Position numbers and translations under genes: made by a program. From NCBI RefSeq assembly GCF_009914755.1, contig NC_060926.1: DNA of 64,000 nt; one strand, 5' to 3'. The stretch is from the human T2T-CHM13v2.0 reference genome, Homo sapiens. The notes beneath the pieces are model-generated. The model was given only the letters and a program-made list of their open reading frames with translations. It did no database searches and was not told where the DNA came from. Shown here piece by piece: positions 42,081 through 64,000 of the stretch. Position 1 is the stretch's first letter; the number at the start of each line of letters is the position of its first letter.

Positions 42081-43080
42081 TGCTATGGTTTGAATGTTTC
42101 CTAAAGTTCATGTGTTGGAAACTCGATCTCCAATGCAACAGTGTTGACAGGTGGGACCTTTAAGAGGTGATTGGAATGATTCTGAATGATTAGTTATCAT
42201 GGGAGTGGTTACTGATAAAAGATTATTTTAACCCCTCCCTCCCCACCATACCCACATGCTCTGCTTTCTGCCATCCGATGACATTGCAAGAAGGTCCTAA
42301 CCAGATACAGTCCCCTCAACTTTGGACCTTCCAGCCTCCAGAACCGTAAGAAACAAATTGCTGTTCTTTATAAATTACCCAGCCTCAGATATTCTGTCAT
42401 ATCAATACAAAACGACTAAGACAGGAAGTCAAGCCTCCCAGGAATCATAATACTCCATTGCACTAGAACCCTCTGTTCTAGTTATCTATTGCTGCATAAC
42501 AAACTATCCCAAACCGTGGTTGCTTAAAACAACAAATATTTTGTTATAGTCATAATTTTGTGTGTCAGGAATGTGGGCAGGGCACAGTGTAAATGACTTA
42601 TCTCTGCTTCATGATGGAGTGGGCCTTCAGCTCAAATGGGCAAAATGGAGAGGATTGCTCAAGTGAGGCCATATGTCTGGGCCCTGAGTCTGGCTTTTAG
42701 CTGCCATGTCACATCTTCTGGGGCCGGAATGGCCAAGATGAGTTTTCTAGTTGCATGTTTTGTGCCTGGCCTGGTTTGGCCAGAACAGCTGGTTATCTTT
42801 CTCTCTTCATATGACTGGCTTGAGCTTCCTTACAGCATGGTGGTCTTAGAACACTTGGACTTCTTGCATGTACTGGCTTCCCCCAGAGTGAATGTTCCAA
42901 GAGACGGAAAGTAGTAGTTGCAGTTTCTTAAGGCCTGGGCCTGAAAACCAGCACAGTATCATTTCCACTGTATTCCACTCATCAAAGCAGTTACAGAGCC
43001 CACTGAGATCCTGGAGACATGGACTTCACCTCTTAATGGGAGGCATGTCAAGGAATCTGTAGCTATCTTTAATCCACTAC
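42081..43080. mobile_element. Two MaLR LTRs (MST/MLT1A-like 42081-42423; MLT1-like about 42475-43080)
   Basis: TGCTATGGTTTGAATGT...GACTAAGACA and TGTTCTAGTTATCTATTGCTGCATAACAAA termini. Confidence 0.78.
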
Positions 43081-43863
43081 ACCCTTTTCCTAGGATTCAG
43101 GTACCTAGGGAGAGAAATTATTAACTACATTACTGAACAGCTTGGAAGGACCCAGAACTAAAGGAGTAGAATCGTATGGAAGAAAATTCCATCTAGGCCT
43201 TGGAGAAACCCTTTTGAATATACTTCTCTGGTGACTCTCCGTTAGGTTAATTATCTCTCTCCCTTGGACTGTGAGTGATAAATGCTGCCAAATTCTTCCT
43301 ATTTGGCTTCCTTCTTCTGGATTTTGTTAACACCACTCCCATTCTGTTAACACATTCTTTCTTCAGTTTGACAAAAACCTTTGATTAGATAGATTTTCTT
43401 CCTTAGCACTCATGTTACCATCAGGCCTTCCAGAGATTATTGTCCAGTTACCTTGACTGGACTTAAGTGTTTTTCAGGGCCATCTGGTAGACATCTATAA
43501 AGTTGTCCTTGAGGATGTAGCAGAACAGGGAACATGGCCCAAAAGCCTCAGAGATGGGAATATGAAACTAAGTATTAAGGTGAAATATGTGTGAGTTATG
43601 CCAATTTAGCAATTACATTGCCAGAATGAATCATAGCAATTTAGCATTTGCCCTTACAGATAAACTGCTGTAGGCAAAGAGACATGCAAGAATATTCAAG
43701 GCAGCCTTATTTGTAGTCAGGAAAATTAGAATGATTTAAATGTCCCATAGTAGGGGGCTAATTAAATTATGGTACATCCATATGATGAAATTTCATGCAG
43801 CCATTAAAAAGGTTAGGGACAGATCTATTAATATTTATTGCTTGCTAAGAGATGGAAAGAACG

Positions 43864-48270
<4,407 letters not shown>

Positions 48271-48484
48271 CTTTCTTTTTTTTTTTTTTTGAGACATATT
48301 CTCACTTTTTCACCCAGGCTGGAGTGCAGTTGCACCATCTCGGCCCACTGCAACCTCCGCCCCCAGGTTCAAGCAATTCTCATGCCTCAGACTCCCAAGT
48401 AGCTGGGATTATAGGTATGCGCCACCATGCTTGGCTAATTTTTCGTATTTTAGTAGAGACAGAGTTTTGCCATGTTGGCCAGGC

Positions 48485-53503
<5,019 letters not shown>

Positions 53504-53685
53504 TTACCCTCCGTAATGTAGGTGGGCCTTGTTCAAGCAGTGGAAGGCCTTGTGCAAAAAGACTGAAGTCCCTAGAAGGGGAATGAATCTGCCTCCAGGC
53601 CACCTTCAGATTCAAGATTGGATTATTGACCTCTGTTGGAATTTCCAGCCTGCCAGCCTGTGCTGCAGATTTTATACTTGCCAAC

Positions 53686-54193
53686 TGTTAGGGACAAACT
53701 GCCCCAAAAAGTTTCTTGGTGCTGCCCACCCCTCCCCCTAATGCTCTGCAACTCTTCTCCATGCTGCCCACCCTTCCCCCAAGCCTCTTTATGTTTCTAA
53801 GCCCTTATCTAGACGCCGCGGTGAAGCCAGCAGACTTCACTTATCAGACCTTGCTGTGATAAGGAAACCCCAATTACAAACCATCCAGACGGCACAGGGG
53901 GAGGTCATGGGAAGCATAAACAAACTTTACCTACACCCTCCTGTAAGTTCCTGTTCATCTAGCTGCTACCATAAACGTCACACGGTGATATGTGGCAAAA
54001 TTAACCAGCAAACAACCTCGGGATGCGGCCATACCAAAGAACTGCCTCAAACTCCCCTCCCCAATATAAACCCCTCCTTCTGTAAGTTTGGGGCTGCTTC
54101 CTCTCTGACTGTTAAGGGGGCAGCCGGCAGGTTAACAAAAACTTGCTTGCCTGACTTTGAGTCTATTTTTCCTTTCTCTCGGGTAACCTCACA
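53686..54193 (+). mobile_element. Solo LTR (family unassigned) nested in an MLT2 LTR (about 53480-54295)
   Basis: TG...CA termini, 5-bp TSD CCAAC at 53681-85 and 54194-98; MLT2 sequence resumes after it. Confidence 0.82.
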
Positions 54194-55626
54194 CCAACCT
54201 CCATAATCATGTGAGCCAATTCTGTAAAATAAATCTTTCCCTATATACATACATCCTATTGTTTCTTTTTTTTTTCTGGAGAATCCTTATTAATATATCC
54301 ACAAAATTACATCAGTCCACTGTCCAATCTGAGAGTTTCTTCCAAATCCAGTTAAAGTAATTTTTTGACCATAACCATGGGTATTTCTCGGTGCCCCAAT
54401 GACTTGTGCCCAGTGTCGGAAAAGGCTGAACAGGTTCGACAACTGTGGTTGCCATCAAGTCCCCAGCACACCTTGATCAGTGCATAAAGCCTCTGATCCT
54501 CCTTAGAGAAGGAGGGACTTGGGTTTCTGCCCTAGTCCTGTTCATCTTGACGGGGGTAAGATCTTGCCAAAACACAAGGAGACAGATGACTGCAATGCAA
54601 GTTGTGGGGTACCTCCATTGCTGAGAAACTCCTGCTAGACCGCAGCCAAGGGGTTTTATGTTCTGCGACTCTTTTCTGAGGGAGAATAAGGCAGAAAGTC
54701 CATATCTCAGAACCTGAGAGGTGATGAGAAGCTGTCTTGGGACACCTCTGAGGAAGATGGGGAGGCCAGTGAAGAGTGGGAGGGGCCTCCCATTCTTCGG
54801 TGTTCCAGGAGGATCACAGGGCAATCAGTCTTCAAGGCTCAGGGAAGGCTGAGTCCAAGCCTTTGTTTATATGGAAGGTCTTAACGGTGCTATGGCAAAG
54901 TAACGCAGCCTGGTAGAAGAAATAAAGATAAGACACTCCAAGTCAGCCAGTGTTATTTTGTGTGGTGGCTCACAAAAAAATAAAAATAAATAAACAAATA
55001 AATAAAAACACATGACCATGAGACAAGCACTTTCTTTTCCTATAAAAATTACCTTTAAAAAAATCACATAAATATGAGTTACGATTACATGCTAATTTTG
55101 TGGCTATATACCACATTTAATAGAAAATGCCATTTAGAATTGAAATAACTTGCAGAAGTAGTGTATGCATATTTTAGAGAAATGAGAAAATATAAAGAAA
55201 CAAAAAGAAGAAAATCTAAATCTTCCATAATCCCAACACCCATCACATAGCACAATGCCTTATACCCATAGGTTCTTAATAAGCGCTTGTGAAATGAATA
55301 CATAAATACACCCATATGTTGTTATAAGCATATGGGGAAAGCATTATCTGTTTTCCCCATATGTCATCTACATATATATGTTTTTTAAAATAAAAGCATA
55401 CCATATGCTCTCTTTTGTAACTTGCCATTTTACAGAAAAGTAAATATGAATATCTTTTTCAATAAACACACTTATATAACAATTTTTAATGGCTGAAAAG
55501 CATTTCATTGGATGGCTACATCAGAATTTACTGGACCCTGTTGGTATACTTTTAGATTTTTTATGTATAAAGCTTTGATTAACATTAATCTATCTAGCAC
55601 TAAATGTTTGTGTACATTCTCAATTA

Positions 55627-56237
<611 letters not shown>

Positions 56238-56695
56238 GATTGGACCTATTTTCTGCATAGATATACTATTTATATTTCTTTTTTTGTAAATTCCCTATTT
56301 CTGTTTTTATGTCTATTTTTCTAACGAGTTTTTGAATTGTGTATTCATACATATTTTCTTCTTGTATTTTTGTAGTTTCTTTTAAAATCTTTATCCCACC
56401 TGGGATTAGTTTCTGTGTATGGTGTGAGGTGCACAAGGCAGGTGCCTGACCAAGGGGTCACATGAGGAGCAGGAATGGAGCCTGCATTTGACTTGCCAGG
56501 CCCTGGGCTTTGGCTGGGGCTGCAGCTGCTAGCAGGCTTTTTTTTTTTTTTTTAATTCCTATTTAAGGCACTCTTTAGGCCAGCAATGACCACGGATGTG
56601 GGTTCTAACTATACTTTCTCCCCAAATAATCAACTAGTTGCTTTAATGACATTTGTTCACTTATTTGTTTCCTCTTATTTAAGACTAGGCTAAGA

Positions 56696-56899
56696 ACAAT
56701 CGGAATTAGTTTAGCCCGTGCGGCCTAGCCCTAGCCAATAGGGGAACGACACAGCAGCAGGGGCCACGTGCGTCACGGATAAGAACCCCTTCCCCTCCCT
56801 TGTCCAAGTGTGCGCTCACCATTGCTCCATCTGTAAGGGTGCACCCTCCATAGAAGTAACTTGCCTTGCTGAGAATTAAAAAGAAAATTAAAAAAAAAA
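56696..56899 (+). mobile_element. Processed (polyadenylated, TSD-flanked) LTR10-like fragment
   Basis: Homologous to reverse complement of about 31770-31955; ATTAAA then A-tail; TSD AAGACTAGG(C/T)TAAGA. Confidence 0.85.
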
Positions 56900-57289
56900 A
56901 AGACTAGGTTAAGATGTGAAGAAACAGAACTACTTGCGTTGTTACTCCATGCTTTTTCCATCTGCTAATTATTTATTTACTTCCTATAAGGTCTTTACTA
57001 TTTCTTGCTCATTCAAAGAGCTTTGATTCTCAGGATGCATGAGTTTGTGCTGCTTTTTGGAACGTTGTTCTAGCAGCTTGTCAAAAGTGAGGAAGCACTC
57101 ACATTTCTGTTTACTCTTCCAGAAGGCTGCTTACTACGAGTTTGTTGCTGGAAGAAAAATAGTACTCCATTTCCTGTAGAAAAGAGAGACAGCCGATGTT
57201 TTCTTCGGAGGGCAAATAAATAAGAATAAACCCAGCCTCTGCTCCCTTATCTAGGATCTAGGAACTGATACTGTTATTTTCTTTTTTTC

Positions 57290-59765
<2,476 letters not shown>

Positions 59766-60889
59766 CCAGGTTCTTAAAACTCTAGACGAGCTACTGTTAA
59801 CAAGTTTCCTACGTATCCTCTTCCCCACCCCCTTTCTATGTCTGTCTCTGTCTCTCTCATGTTCTTTGCATTGTCTGCAACATGTTTCTTTCTGCTGGAT
59901 TCATTGACAACTGTTAAGTATGTACTGAGTGTCTTATTAATGTGCTTAGCAGTGTGCCCAACAATTTGGGATGTCATAAAGAAGTATGACATGGTTTTCA
60001 CCCATGAGGATTTTCAATTTAGTTGAAGAGACAAGACATCCGCAAAATAATTAGAAAACTGTTTAGGAACATATGTAATCAAATTCTCAACTGTCTGGCC
60101 CATGCACTAGGATAAGAACTCCTTAAGAATGGTCTTTTATGCTGTGCTTACTGCTGTATCCCTAGGAGGAACAGGACATGAGATTCATAAATGAATGTTG
60201 AATGAATTCAACATTCTCCTGCTTTGGAGTTTTGTCAGGTGGGGGCTAACCCTCCCATTCATCCTGAAAGATGATCTTTGTTCTGCAAAGTGGCTCTTAG
60301 ACAGGACCCATCCGAGAATGCTGGGACTTTCCAACTGGCTCAGGTTACGATCTAATGGTAGGATCACAGACACAGCACGCATCTCTCAGCAAGTATCCTG
60401 CTGTCTTTCTAAAATAACTTCTTACATAAGTAGATCCTTGTTAAGTTCCACTAAGTAAACTAACTGAGGAGCATGAAGGAAGAAGGCATGGCTTAGCTAA
60501 AAGGAGAAATGTCCCAGAAACCTCCATACTGACAGCCAGGAAGTAGTCTCAGAGGCTTTGGATTCCAGGAAAGAAGCTGGTATTGTTTTTCTACTTTAAA
60601 AATATAACTTTTTTTCTGCTGATTCCAAGAACGTGGCAAAAAATTTTTGAAAAATAAATCACAGTATAGAGAAGAAAGTAAGTTAATTTGTAAAGCACTG
60701 TTTACCACCATTGAGATAACTGCTGTTCAGATTTTTATTAAAATGTTATACATAAGTTTACTTCAACTTAACAGAAGGATAAGAAACCAAACTTTAGAAA
60801 AATATTTCTTCAAAATGGTATATATTTGTTTTAAACAGGTCTTCTAAAATTAAAGAATTAGGAGACATATTAAGAGGCTGGACTTATTG

Positions 60890-61100
60890 CAGTAGTTCTC
60901 AATCTATGGTGATTTCATCCCCCAGGGGACATTTTGGAAATGTCTAGAGACATCTGTGGTAGCCACAACTCAGAGGGGGTGCGGTACTTGTGGGGAGAGG
61001 CCAGGAATGCTGCTAGGCACCCGGCAACGCACACCACTGTCGGCTACAACATAGAATTATCCACTCCGAGTATTAACAGTGCCACAGTTGAGTAATCCTG
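60890..61100. mobile_element. MER20 DNA transposon
   Basis: CAGTAGTTCTCAA...CCCCCAGGGGACATT...GTTGAGTAATCCTG. Confidence 0.8.
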
Positions 61101-61209
61101 GGTTGTTATTGCATAATATTGTGGTTTTAAAATAGTACACGCTTTTCAAGGGCCTACGTTTGTTTCCAGTTAGAAGGACATAGTTGTTTTCTCAGGGATC
61201 CGTGGAGTA

Positions 61210-61450
61210 AGTGGTTCAGAGCATGGCCTCCAGCCAGGTGTTTGGAGTTTGAATCCTGACTCTGCTACTTAATGATAAAGTGACCTTGAGCAACTTCTTT
61301 GGGCCTCAGTTTCCTCATCGGCAAAATTGTGGTAATATTAAACCTACCCCAAACAGCTGTAGTGAGGATTGAATGAGCTAATATAAGTAAAATTCTTGGA
61401 ACAGTGTCTGGTTCATGGTCAGCTCTATGGAAACACGTGCAATTATTATT
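61210..61450 (+). mobile_element. MIR
   Basis: GTGACCTTGAGCAA...GGGCCTCAGTTTCCTCATC core. Confidence 0.8.
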
Positions 61451-61491
61451 GTTAATGTCTTAAACTGGAAACAAATTAAGCCTACTTTTAG

Positions 61492-62483
<992 letters not shown>

Positions 62484-64000
62484 TAGTTTCTTATGTATCC
62501 ATCCAGTATTTTTCTATGAAAGCAAATACAAATACTATATATTCTTATTTTAGACCTCCTTTCTTAGGCAAAAGATATACTTTTTCACATAATCTATCTT
62601 GGATATCTTTCTGTATTAGTACACAAGGAATTTCTTCATCCCTTTTTAAGGTGACATAGTATTTCATTATGTGGATATCTCATGCTTTGTTTATAAATTT
62701 GCTCGTACTTTTGTAAATATTAACAAATCGTCCTCCAAGTAGGGATGTGTTATTTTGGAGTCCTACCAGCAGTATATTTTCCTTCCAGGAAAATAGGCAT
62801 ATTCACTGCAGTTTGCAGACGATCAGCTGTTCAAAATTAGAACACACTGGCAGGTGTTCCTGGGAGGTAGAAATGGGAAACAGGTCTAAATGGATGTTAG
62901 GGGTTTGTCAAGACTGTCCTTCCAGGAACTGGCAGAATCAGCCATTTGTTCAAGGTGATGTCTGGGTATATGGGTGATATATTGGAGGCAATTATGTTGG
63001 ATTGGTCCTAGGAGAATCCAGTTTTTAACACCAAAACTAAGATCCAGTAAAGTTGGAGTTTTTCTGGACTATGGGTTGGGTGACGTTTCCTTCTGTAATT
63101 TGAATGATAGATTTCATCTCCACAATTGGTAATGTCTCTTTTATAGAAGGTCTTTGGCCTAATTTCTATACTGGAACCGATTCTGATCCTCTCAAAATCT
63201 CTTCAGTAACTGATTAGGAAAGATGAAGTGCCCAGGAAACCACTGTGTTTCATTTTCTTTCAGTTTGTAGGTGTAACTTACCTAGGAAATATAGTCTTAG
63301 GATTTGTGGGTTATTTTAAATTTTTACCCCCCAAAACGTGTTTCTTTTCCTTCTCATTTTCAGCAACTATAAGACTATCATAGCAATGTCAATTTCATAG
63401 AGGCCGTGGATATCTATCGTCAAGTGCTTTAGAAATTCTAAGATAAAATATTTGAGAATTATATTACATAACATGGCCAGTACTTTTTTTTATTTCTTTT
63501 TTTGTCATGTTCTTAGATTTCAAAGACAAAATCATATGGAAGCTCAGGAAACTCATGGGAAATAAATAAATAAATAAATATCATACCGCATGGCTTACTT
63601 ACTTATTTTTGGACCCTGACTTTCTCATCCAGCTTATTGTTTTTTCTGTTTTCTCATCAGTCTTCTTTTTTCTTGTTGATTACATAAGGCATTCATCATT
63701 TCATTGACAGCAAGCTGCAGTAGATTTAAATACAAAAAAAGGAGCTATAGGCTTTCTATCTCACCTCACTAAAGGGCTCAGTTTCCCTCAAATGCTGGCC
63801 TCCAACATACACCTCAACGTACCTCAGTTTGCCATATAGCCCATTTTTCCAAACTTTCACTCCTCCAAGGACCTCAATGCCTCCAGTTCCACCAGACACG
63901 CATTGCTCTAATATTCTAGCTCCTTGTGTGCCCATTTTTTAAATTTGCTCTTCCTCTGGAACAACAGGCCATCCTGGTGCCTACATCATACACAATGCCC

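Overview
Eukaryotic genomic DNA, recognisable as the human TTLL4-CYP27A1 locus (2q35, from recalled protein sequences, not a database search). 1-10 kb holds the last 14 coding exons and 3' UTR of TTLL4 (tubulin glutamylase, + strand), all with GT-AG introns in a consistent reading frame. 10-36 kb is repeat-dense intergenic DNA with many Alus, a near full-length L1PA on the - strand, an LTR10-like solo LTR and a decayed ERV1 provirus. 36.1-37.0 kb holds the CpG-island promoter and exon 1 of CYP27A1 (sterol 27-hydroxylase). The remaining 27 kb is CYP27A1 intron 1, packed with LTR/ERV, L1M, DNA-transposon and Alu remnants. Most ORFs in the track are repeat-derived noise. I found no wholly new gene system. 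The most unusual signals are a 64-bp-arm intronic hairpin, a 72-bp element duplicated on both sides of one TTLL4 exon, an AP-1x3 + DR4 cluster in an LTR upstream of CYP27A1, an L1-retrotransposed LTR transcript, and several repair or rearrangement scars. Repeat family names are by eye and repeat boundaries are approximate unless TSDs are quoted.
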